Shown in pieces: positions 27,450-39,771 of a stretch of DNA of 64,000 nt. The translations under genes and the position numbers were made by a program. The notes beneath the pieces are model-generated. The model saw nothing but the letters and a program-made list of their open reading frames with translations. It was not told the DNA's origin and searched no databases. Position 1 is the first letter of the stretch. Each line of letters begins with the position of its first letter. This DNA comes from Octopus sinensis (lineage: Eukaryota), in contig NC_042998.1 of the NCBI RefSeq assembly GCF_006345805.1, positions 151,652,001 through 151,716,000 on the forward strand, given 5' to 3'.

Positions 27450-27670
27450 TGTGTGGAATGGTGTTGGGTGGTGTGATGTGGTGTGGTGTGGTGTGGTGGT
27501 GTGGCAGTGTGGCAGTGTGGAGATGTGAGGGTGTGGGTGTCGGGTGAGGACGTGGGAGTAGAGGTGGGATATGTGGAAGTGAGATGTGTAGGAGTGGGTT
27601 GTTGATAGAGAGGCTATCAATGAAGAGAGAATGTGGGTAGGAGTTAAGAGGGGAAGCAGGTGTCAGATAA
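27450..27670 (-). mobile_element. Fragment of the same Penelope-like pLTR family as 20990-21215
   Basis: GGTGTCGGGTGAGGA..GGATATGTGGAAGTGAGATGTGTAGGAGTG..GTTGAT.GAGAGGCTA is shared in inverted orientation. Confidence 0.8.
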
Positions 27671-27804
27671 AGTCATATAGTAATCCGAATGCTTTTAAAT
27701 CAGATCCCAATGCTGGATACTGAGATACAGAGGTCTTAGATGGACAAAAAGAATTTCAATTTTATCATTAAAGATATATGCGTGTGTGTGTTGTGCGCGC
27801 GCAA

Positions 27805-28110
27805 TTAGGGAATGGAGTAGATAAAATCCAGGTTATGTGTGTTTCATAGCTAGCAGAATCTCGGAAGTAGTAATTATCCAAACGAAAGTAATCCGCCAGT
27901 TACTGGTCTGGCTAAATATACCTTAATCAAAAGGAGTTTACATTATCGTCAGGGGATCCCATGTTGACTCGCAGGGGATTCGATCGATTAAGGTATCTTT
28001 GGCCTGACGAGTAGCTAGCGGATTACCCCTCGTTTGGATAATTACTACTTCCGAGGTTCTGGTAGCTATGAAACATACGCAACCTGAATTTTATCTCCTT
28101 TATTCCTTAA
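27805..28110. mobile_element. Foldback / MITE-like palindrome (~125-bp imperfect arms, ~56-bp loop)
   Basis: e.g. GTTTCATAGCTAGCAGAATCTCGGAAGTAGTAATTATCCAAACG pairs with CGTTTGGATAATTACTACTTCCGAGGTTCTGGTAGCTATGAAAC. Confidence 0.75.
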
Positions 28111-28411
28111 GTTTGGATTTCTATTCGCATTCGCAGCAACCCTTGCTGTTAACCGTAAGCTATGCAACAATTTCTTTCAACTTATCGAACATTCAACACG
28201 GGAAAAATTTACAAACTTCTACGTCAATAAACCACTATTGTTCCTGAAAGTTGTTTTTTATACCTTTTACGGACTGCTTGAAGGTTACTATCTCTGGATC
28301 TTATCTTTACACACACACACATATATATATATACATATAAAGAGAGAGAGAGAGAGAAAAAAAAAAGAAAGATTTGTTTGTATATATATGTATATTTATA
28401 TAAATATGTAG

Positions 28412-28448
<37 letters not shown>

Positions 28449-28462
28449 TATTTATATATATA

Positions 28463-28550
28463 GGCGCAGGAGTGGCTGTGCGTTAAGTAGCTTGCTTACC
28501 AACCACATGGCTCCGGGTTCAGTATTACAGCATGGCATCTTGGACAAGTG
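28463..28550 (+). mobile_element. SINE tRNA-derived head
   Basis: GGCGCAGGAGTGGCTGTG..CCACATGGCTCCGGGTTCAGT. Confidence 0.8.
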
Positions 28551-28844
28551 GTGTTTGTCAGATGACGTCAGAGATCAAGAGGTAAATAATTGACATTCGC
28601 TTCGTCAATTTTACTTCGACATAACTTTTAGACAAACTGACCAACAGTTGGAATTCAACTTGGGACTGGAACAGTACAATGATTGCATTACAGAATTAAT
28701 TCTCATCCGTCCTTAACTTCTGATCAAACACGACGGGGGCTTATAGTCATGCTATTTAGCTCTCTTTACCTCTGGGTTGCAGACCCGGTTAGTCCTCTGC
28801 AGGAGCTAGCCTAAAAGACAGCACAGAGGGCGGCTTTTATGCTA

Positions 28845-28877
<33 letters not shown>

Positions 28878-28911
28878 CTTTATTTAAAAGCAGCAGAATA
28901 TTTTAGCAAAA

Positions 28912-28949
28912 CTGTCCGACGAACGGGAACGTGAAACTCTGAGTAACAG
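28912..28949 (+). ncRNA. Variant hammerhead (core CCGACGA) inside a long hairpin (28887-28975)
   Basis: CUGU-CCGACGA-ACG-GGAA-CGU-GAAA-CUCUGAG-UA^ACAG; flanks AAAAGCAGCAGAA..GCAAAA and UUUUGU..UUCUGCUGCUCUU extend stem I. Confidence 0.75.
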
Positions 28950-29066
28950 CTTTTGTTATATTTCTGCTGCTCTTACATAAAGCATATTACTCTACCTCTG
29001 GTATTTGAGTACTCTTTTTCCATCTTGCATCACATTATGTACACACACACGCACACATACACACAC

Positions 29067-29117
<51 letters not shown>

Positions 29118-29301
29118 CGTATGTATAAGTTTGATTCGGTTCCAGCTCAAGCATTACTCCTTCACAGTCAGTCAATGAACTTTTCAGTCCACCCTCGTGT
29201 GTGTGTGCAAGTACTGAGGTTGATGTAATCGACTTATCCCCACCCCCGAAATTGCTGGCTTTGTGCCTAATACATACATACATATATACATATATACATA
29301 C

Positions 29302-29460
<159 letters not shown>

Positions 29461-31329
29461 TATTTATTTATAATTATAGAATTAAAGGTAATGCTATTGC
29501 AACAATAGAGTAATCTTTATTGTGTGGATATGTATGTATGTCCATATCCCTATCTGTTCTCTCATAGCTACAAACCATCCTCTAGTTTGTTTTCCCTCTT
29601 TACCGTCATTGCTATCGCTTTATCACTTCCTATCTGTGTCTTTCTATCTTTTCTCAAGCTCTTCCCTCTTCCCACTCCACCCTACCATTTCACTTCTCAC
29701 CTCCCCTTCATTGTTGCCCACCTTCCATCCTTACTTCAATCGTGAGAGACCTTAGATAATCTGTGTGTGGATGTTACGACCACAGAGACCTGAACAGACG
29801 GACCGTGACAGATGAATCGTCATGGTTGGCTGATCAATGTAGCAGAGTTGAAGGTGAAAGGATATTTCCATATAGATGACCTGTTCTTACATTCACATTA
29901 ATGTACAAACACATTCACACACACATTTACATATGCACACATGCTCACACAAACACACACACACACACACACACGACACACACACACGACACACACATAC
30001 ATACATAGATATATACATGCATATAGACATACAAGCGTACTGAATCATATATAAAACAAACATGCACAGATATAAGCAACAAACACAATCGTACACATGT
30101 CCATTAATACATCCAAAGACTACAGACATACACATTCTAACATATGCACACTCTAACACATACACACATACAAACTCATAACACTATGGTAAACACACGT
30201 TAACACACACACACACACGCACACGCGCGCACAGACACACACACACACACGCACACGCGCGCACAGACACACACACATACACACACACACTAGTTATTAG
30301 TTTATGGCGGCAGTCATCAACATAGTGCAGAATTCCATTATTTCTCTTATTTATCGTTTCGTATTTTTCTTTCTTCAGAACCAGGTCATTCCATCTGGTG
30401 CAAGGTGTAAATTTCCCAGATAGCCAGAAAATAAGCCAGATAGCCACAAAATAGCCAGAAAATTACCAAATTGTTATGCAATAGCAAATTCTGATGATGT
30501 TTTCTTTTCCATGTTGTTTAAAAATTTGATACCCTGAGGGTACTTACAATCCTCAATATATTCATGGTATTGAGCAGCTGCTAAAATAGTTTGAGGCAAA
30601 TATGAGAAGAAAAAAAATATATATTTCATCATGTTAGATTTTGACAATAGGAAAATTGAGTTATGTCCATATCCGCATCTGTTTTCTCAATTACCAGCCA
30701 TCCTTCAGTTTGTTTCGCCTTCTAATGTCTTTACTATCACTTTATCGCTTTGTTTCTCTGTCTTTCTCTCTTTGGTGTTGAAATATCCAGTGTTTCCTCC
30801 GTGGGATTTCACCATTGTAAGTTTAGAAAGTTCAGTGTTGCATGCCAACTGAAACACTCGTTACTTACACAGTGTCTCTGCCACCTATATCAGCAATCCC
30901 CAAAGAAAATATTTTTGACACGTAGTCCCAAATAGTGGCTTTATTTTTAAGTTTATATCCACAGATGTTTTATAGAATATAGGGACCAGCACTGAACGTT
31001 TCGTATACGAATGCGTCTCTGTAAACAACGCGATCGAAGATAGCAAATTTTTCTACCTCCGATCTCATTGTTTACATATTCGAAAGTCGTATATACATAT
31101 ACAACACGTCTTAACTTTCACTGCTGACTCAAAATTCAATAGAAAATATCTAGATATTACTTAAAAAGTGATTGAATCGCACTGCTAACACAAAAGAGGT
31201 ATTGACTTATAAAGCATTAATATCTTTGGTTGCAAAACAAAATACTGTATCACTACAAGCAATTAACAAATAGTGGACTGCTAAATTTCAAGACTGTCGC
31301 CGTTTTATATTTTTCATCATTGTCATTAT

Positions 31330-31358
31330 CGTTGCAGCACCAGCAGCAGCAGCTGCAA

Positions 31359-31443
<85 letters not shown>

Positions 31444-31500
31444 TGGTAGTGGTGGTGGTAATGATGGTATGGTGGTAGTGGTGGTATTAGTGGTATTAAT
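31330..31500. repeat. Compound (CAG)n-(TAG)n-(TGG)n microsatellite
   Basis: Directly visible. Confidence 0.9.
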
Positions 31501-31734
31501 GTTGTTTGGAATGGAGTTACTGCTGTCATAGTTGTTTTTGTTGGAACATGATTGTTGCTGCTGTTCTTTTGCTCTTTTAATATTTTCGCTGAAGTTTTAA
31601 TATTTACGTTGAAGTTGTTAAAATTTGGTTCTCTCTCACCCCACCTCTCACTTAGTGTCTCTGCGTATGTGCTTCGGGGGTGGAATGTACTGAGGGCACG
31701 CAATTAAAGAACACTGTCTCCCTGCTATTGTTGA

Positions 31735-31813
<79 letters not shown>

Positions 31814-32368
31814 GAGTGAGAGAGCAGTGCACACCATCAAACTGACACTGGGGTGAAATGTACAAAGCCCAGTATACCCATCATGATTACCCGACTGATA
31901 AGGGTACACTAGGCACATGCATCACAACCATATGTGCGCAACATGGTGATCTTATCTCATGATGAACAGCACATGACCTTGCAGGTGGAGCCCAGTTAGA
32001 ATTTTATTCCGGTAGAGTATCCTATCCCGCTCAAAAGGTCCCTGAATAAGGGTTGTTAAAGGATGTTGAACGAAACACCCATATTTCCAGAGGTGAATTA
32101 TCCAATACCCAAAGAATCCCTCTCAACACATGACTATGATGCTCCCCCACTACATCTGCTCGTGATCAGAGAGGCACATATCGTCAGCCTCTAAGGGACA
32201 TGCTCAACTGGTTAAGGTCAAACAACTGACAAACAAATCTGTGGTATTGAGTAGAATATTTGCTGTAGCCCATCTTTTATACCAAGACAAAACAATGTAG
32301 ATGATAACACTTCCAATCAGTTAAGATCAGAAGCCACAAAAGCCACTGCCTGGTTCTGCATCAGGGCA
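31814..32368 (-). mobile_element. ~555-bp non-coding interspersed-repeat-like element flanked by (TAA)n/(TGA)n on both sides
   Basis: Sharp complex-sequence island between TTA arrays (31737-31813 and 32370-32482); no ORF and no tRNA boxes seen. Repeat status is inferred. Confidence 0.5.
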
Positions 32369-32405
32369 CTTATCATCATAATCATCATCATCATCATCAT
32401 TATCA

Positions 32406-32461
<56 letters not shown>

Positions 32462-32482
32462 GTTATTATTATTATTATTATT

Positions 32483-35400
32483 CAGTAGTTTTATTTTTAT
32501 AGCGTGCTTTCACTTCACTACCGAGCGCAGCTCTGTGTGCCTTGGGTATGTGCTGTGATTTGTTGTGATGCTCTGATGGTTATTGTATGGAAAGTGTTCT
32601 GCGTAGGATGTGTGCAGTGCATAGTAGTGCAATTTTCTGTATGTTATATGTGTTTGTAAGTCCTGGTGTTTTTGTTATGTATTTGTCTGAATATTTTTTT
32701 ATCATGCCTAATGCACCTACTATGATAGGAATTGTTTCTGTTTTCAGATTCCACATTCTAGTTACCTCTATTTCCAGGTCTTTGTATTTTGAGAGTTTCT
32801 CCATTTCTTTTAGAGACACGTTGTCATCAGCCGGTATTGATACATCAATTAGAAAGCATTTTTTTTCTTCATGATCTCTGACAACTATATCTGGTCTGTT
32901 GGCCTTAATTTCTCTATCTGTGTGTATCGGCATATCCCAGAGTATGGTTGCTTTCTCGTTTTCTGTGACCTTTTCTGGTGTGTGCCTATACCATCTTTTT
33001 TCTGTTGTTATTCCATAATGTTGGCATAGCTTCCAATGTATGTAGGTTCCAACTCTGTCATGTCTGAATATATTCCTTCTTAGCCAGGACTGGGCAGCTA
33101 GAGATAATATGATTTATTGTTTCTTGTCCATCTCCACATATTCTGCAGTTTCTTTTCATTACATGTTTTTGGTAATTTCTGGTGGGGAGGCTTTGGTCTT
33201 GTGCTGCAATTAAAAATCCCTCTGTTTCTGCTTTGAGTCCTGAGCTTCTCAACCATTGCTGGGATTTTTCTTTGTCTATTTCTTTTGCGTTTAGTTTAGT
33301 CCAGTATTTACCATGAAGGGGCTTTTCTTGCCATCGTTTTATCATGGTTCGTTGCTGTTCTATTTTTAGTTTGGATTTCATTTGTTTTATAGCTTTTGTT
33401 GTTTCTTCATCATCTTCTTCTTCTTCTTCGTGTTTATTAGGTGGTATGATTTCTTGTTTGTATTTGTCAGCTTCCTTAAATACTGAGAACAGTTTTTTGT
33501 TTTGCTCGTGTTTTGCTGCTATCTGGATCAGTTTTCCTTCCTTCTGAAGTAGATATTTTTGCAGTCCTATGGTGGTTATTTTATAGTAGTTTTCCAGCTG
33601 TATAAGGCATCTACCACCTTCTATACGTTGTATATATAGTCTTTCTATGTCAGATTTTGGGTGATGCATCCTAGATCCTGTCAGTACTTTTCTTGTTTTC
33701 CTATCTATTTTGGTCAGTTCATTTCGTGTCCATTTAAGGATATTGTAGCTGTAACTTATAACTGGGACAACTAAAGTGTTGATACCTATTATCTTGTTTT
33801 TAGCATTGAGCTCTGTGTTTAGTATTGATCTAACTCGTCTATAATATTCTTTTTTATTTTGTCTTTCATTTGTGTGTGTTGTGTCTTATCTAGTTCATGG
33901 ATTCCTAAGTATTTGTAAGTTTGGCTTTGGTCTCTAATTCTTTTATTTCATTGGTTTTATCTAGTGTGATGTTGTTACTCTCAACTAGTTTTCCTCTTTT
34001 CATGGTTACTTTGACGCATTTTTCTAATCCAAATTTCATATCTATTTCTTTGGTAAATCCATGAACTGTCTTTAATAGTGTTTCCAGCTGTTTGTCATTT
34101 GCAGCGTATAGTTTTAGGTCATCCATATATAAAAGGTGGCTGATCGTTTTGCCGTAACATTTATATCCGCATCCAGTTCTATTTAGCATATCAGATAGAG
34201 GTGACGGTGCCAAGCAGAAAAGGAGTGGAGAGAGCGTGTCTCCCTGGAATATTCCTCTTCTAATGGGGATGGCTTTGGTTTTCATGAGTCCCTCTTTTGT
34301 TTGGAGGTGTAGGACTGTTTGCCATTTATTCATAGAGTGCTGTATGAATTTTATGATTGTTGGTGCTACTTTGTTAATGGCTAGTGTTTCGAGGATCCAT
34401 GTATGGGGGATGCTATCAAACGCCTTTTTGTAGTCAATCCAGGCCATACTGAGGCCTTTCTTCTTTCTGTGGCTGTCTTCAGTTATGGCTTTATTAATCA
34501 TTAGTTGATCTTTACAGCCATATGAGCCTTTGCGGCATCCTTTCTGCTCTTCTGGGAACAGTTTGTTTTCGTCCAGGTGCTTGTTCAGCCTTTGTGATAT
34601 CACTGCAGTAAATGCCTTGAACATAGTAGGGAGGCAGGTTATTGGTCTGTAGTTTTCTGGTTTTTCTGTTTCATTTGATTTGGGAATTATGATGGTTTTC
34701 CCCTTCGTGAGCCATTCAGGCATTGTCTCTGGCTCTGCTAGTACGTTGTTAAAGTTTTCAGCCAGCTTTTTGTGCATTCCTGTTAGATATTTCAACCAGA
34801 AGTTGGGGATCTTGTCATGCCCAGGTGCCTCCCAGTTGCTTAGTCTTTGCAGTGCCTGGGTGACCTCTTCAGTTGTTATGGGGATCCAAAGTTGTTCAGA
34901 TGCCGAGTTTGTTATTTTGATACTCCTTTTTTTTGGTGGTTCGTTCGCCGACCATATTTCTCACAAGAATTCTTCCAATTCTTCTGCCGTTGGTGCTGCA
35001 GTGACTTCAATTTTATTTTTGCCCAGTTCTTGGTAGAACTTTTTGGGGTTGGAGTTGAACTTTTTGTTTTCTTCAAAGAAGCGTTGGCGTTTCTTGTACC
35101 GGCGGATCCTTTGTGCTTTGGCAAGGATATCTTGCTTCAGCTTTTCTTTTATTTCAGGCAAATCTTTCTCTGTGATGTTATATTTGCGCAGTATCTTTGT
35201 TCTCTTTTTGTTGCTCAGTAGCGTTGATTGTTTGCTGATTTCATTAAGAATCGACAGGTCTTTTCTAATTTTTTAAAATTTGCTTTGGATGTTATTTATC
35301 CACAGGGTTTGTTTGGGTGGTGGTACTCCTATTTGGGCGGGTTTGGGTGAGTATCCAGCTTCTTTTGTGGCTGCAGTGGCTGCTGCGTATATTAGGTTAT

Positions 35401-37185
35401 TTAGCTCAGTGATATCACTTTCTTTTGATTCAGTGGCTTTCAGTTCAGTGACGGCTAGAAGCGTTGGCGTTTCTTGTACCGGCGGATCCTTTGTGCTTTG
35501 GCAAGGATATCTTGCTTCAGCTTTTCTTTTATTTCAGGCAAATCTTTCTCTGTGATGTTATATTTGCGCAGTATTTTTGTTCTCTTTTTGTTGCTCAGTA
35601 GCGTTGATTGTTTGCTGATTTCATTAAGAATCGACAGGTCTTTTCTAATTTTTTTTAATTTGCTTTGGATGTTATTTATCCACAGGGTTTGTTTGGGTGG
35701 TGGTACTCCTATTTGGGCGGGTTTGGGTGAGTATCCAGCTTCTTTTGTGGCTGCAGTGGCTGCTGCGTATATTAGGTTATTTAGCTCAGTGATATCACTT
35801 TCTTTTGATTCAGTGGCTTTCAGTTCAGTGACGGCTAGAAGCGTTGGCGTTTCTTGTACCGGCGGATCCTTTGTGCTTTGGCAAGGATATCTTGCTTCAG
35901 CTTTTCTTTTATTTCAGGCAAATCTTTCTCTGTGATGTTATATTTGCGCAGTATTTTTGTTCTCTTTTTGTTGCTCAGTAGCGTTGATTGTTTGCTGATT
36001 TCATTAAGAATCGACAGGTCTTTTCTAATTTTTTTTAATTTGCTTTGGATGTTATTTATCCACAGGGTTTGTTTGGGTGGTGGTACTCCTATTTGGGCGG
36101 GTTTGGGTGAGTATCCAGCTTCTTTTGTGGCTGCAGTGGCTGCTGCGTATATTAGGTTATTTAGCTCAGTGATATCACTTTCTTTTGATTCAGTGGCTTT
36201 CAGTTCAGTGACGGCTATGTTTATGCTGTTTATAATAGGTGTTGTTATTTCGTTTATTTTTATTCTTGGGAGGTATGGTCGGTGGTCCATTTTGAGCTCT
36301 GTGGTTTTCAGTTCTTTGATTATTTTATTTTTTATATTATCATAATCATTAGGCTCCCCTTCGTTGTTTACATCGTGTTTGTTGGGAATGTTGCGTTTGT
36401 CTTCGTGTTTTACAGTTTCAGTGTTTATATTATTGGGTATTGTTGTGTGGCTTCTATCTACATTTTCCTGGTGTATGTTTTCTTTTAGGTGTTCTATTTC
36501 TATTTCTGATATTTTTTTTGTGTTGAGAATGTATCTTCGTACGTTAGCTAATTTATTAGGGTTCATTGCTGTATCCAAGTCTATATCTCTATTATTTTCC
36601 TTCCATATTTTATGTGTGTTGTTGTATTTTAATTTTTTGGGTAGAGTACTGCTGTGAAGTATGCGTGTAAGATAGAAATGTATTCCTCACGTGTCCATTT
36701 ACGTCTTTTGGGTTTTATTTGCGGGACATGAGGTACAACGTCCGGCCCATTATTTTGACGGTCGTCATTTTCGTAGGGTACCGGTCCGTTTATTTCTGTT
36801 GTCACATTATTTCGCACGTGTAGTTTTTCGTACATTTTTTGTTGTAAGTTTAATGTATGTACCGCTCGATTGTTATTCTTGGGTTGAATAGTATCGGTGG
36901 CATTTAATTTCTTCGTAGTTCCTTTGTACATGGTGTTTGGGGTTGGGGATGATCGTGATGTTCCACGCATGTTTACATGCGTTGCGTTAGAGGTGGAGAT
37001 AATATCGAGTCAAAATACATCATTTCGTTTCGAAAATAGTAATAAATTTCAATTAGTATTACTTACTCGGATACAGTCCAATTCTTTGTTAGTAAAACTT
37101 TTGTTCCATAGGATGTCCTTGTTTTCGATGTTTGTGGATAGATATCGGAGCTCTGAATTTTCCTTCTTACATCTTAAACGTCCCC

Positions 37186-37186
<1 letters not shown>
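32483..37186 (-). mobile_element. Near-complete R4/Dong-clade LINE (family A), frameshifted, flanked by (TAA)n on both sides
   Basis: N-terminal ORFs 35835-36970; RT 33905-34795 (NYRPITCL, EEQKG, DYKKAFDS, GIFQGDTLSP, YMDD); CRICGDGQETINHIISSC at 33058-33669; REL RPDIVV..IDVSIP..EKLSKYKDL at 32580-32933. Confidence 0.95.
35078..36217. repeat. Tandem triplication of a 380-bp segment inside the LINE ORF
   Basis: GAAGCGTTGGCGTTTC begins at 35078, 35458 and 35838. Confidence 0.95.
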
Positions 37187-37281
<95 letters not shown>

Positions 37282-37284
37282 GTT

Positions 37285-37498
37285 CAGTAGTTTTATTTTT
37301 ATAGCGTGCTTTCACTTCACTACCGAGCGCAGCTCTGTGTGCCTTAGGTATTTGCTCTGATTTGTTGTGATGCTCTAATGGTTATTGTATGGAAAGTGTT
37401 CTACGTAGGATATGTGAGTCCCTAGTAGTGCAATTTTCTGTATGTTATATGTGTTTGTAAGTCCTGGTCTTTTTGTTATGTATTTGTCTGAATATTTT
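37285..37498 (-). mobile_element. 5'-truncated 3' end of Dong family A
   Basis: CAGTAGTTTTATTTTTATAGCGTGCTTTCAC.. terminus as at 32483. Confidence 0.9.
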
Positions 37499-37499
37499 A

Positions 37500-37543
<44 letters not shown>

Positions 37544-37603
37544 TATTATTATTATTATTATTATAATTATTATTATTATTATTATTAATATTATTATTAT
37601 TAA

Positions 37604-37643
<40 letters not shown>

Positions 37644-37647
37644 ATTA

Positions 37648-37694
<47 letters not shown>

Positions 37695-37974
37695 TTGATT
37701 ATTATTATTATTACTATTATTATTATCATTATTTTGATTATTATTATTATCATTATTATTATTATTATTAATATTATTATTATCATTATTGATATTATTA
37801 TTATTTTTATTATTATTATTATTAATATTATTATTAATATTATTATTATTATTAATATTATTATTATTATTAATATTGTTATCATTATTGATATTATTAT
37901 TACTATATTATTATTATTATTATTAATATTATTAATATCATTATTATTATTATTATTATTATTAATATTATTAA

Positions 37975-38047
<73 letters not shown>

Positions 38048-38078
38048 ATTATTATTATCATTATTAATATTATTATTA

Positions 38079-38136
<58 letters not shown>

Positions 38137-38155
38137 CATTATTATTATTATTGTT
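37500..38155. repeat. Long degenerate (TTA)n array
   Basis: Directly visible. Confidence 0.95.
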
Positions 38156-38367
38156 CAGTAGTTTTATTTTTATAGCGTGCTTTCACTTCACTACCGAGCC
38201 CAGCTCTGTGTGCCTTAGGTACGTGCTGTGATTTGTTGTGATGCTCTGATGGTTATTGTATGGAAAGTGTTCTGCGTAGGATATGTGAGTGCCTAGTAGT
38301 GTAATTTTCTGTATGTTATGTGTTTGTAAGTCCTGGTGTTTTTGTTATGTATTTGTCTGAATATCTT
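38156..38367 (-). mobile_element. 5'-truncated 3' end of Dong family A
   Basis: Same terminus as 32483. Confidence 0.9.
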
Positions 38368-38379
38368 TTATTTTTTTTA

Positions 38380-39292
<913 letters not shown>

Positions 39293-39314
39293 TATTATTA
39301 TTATTATTATTATT

Positions 39315-39535
39315 CTATGTTTGAGTTTTGCTTTATATTTGTACAAGTTGGCTCCAAGTCTCACCCAGAGACCTCAAGAGACAACAGGTTGGAAGTTCAT
39401 GTTGTTATTATGCCTAGTGTGCCATATATGTTTTTTTGGGGTCTTTCAATATAATGTCTGGCCTATTTGCATCTATCTTTCTGTCAGTTTGAATGGTGAA
39501 GTTCCAGAGGAGTGAGATGTGGTCATTTTCAAGCA
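39315..39535 (-). mobile_element. Internally deleted 3' end of Dong family B
   Basis: CTATGTTTGA..GTACAAGTTGGCTCCAAGTCTCACCCAGAG terminus joined to REL sequence matching 40270-40365. Confidence 0.85.
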
Positions 39536-39593
39536 TTATTATTATTATTATTATTATTATTAATATTATTATTATTAATATTATTATTATTAA

Positions 39594-39624
<31 letters not shown>

Positions 39625-39630
39625 GTTATA

Positions 39631-39740
<110 letters not shown>

Positions 39741-39771
39741 TATTATTATCATTTTTATTATTATTATAATT

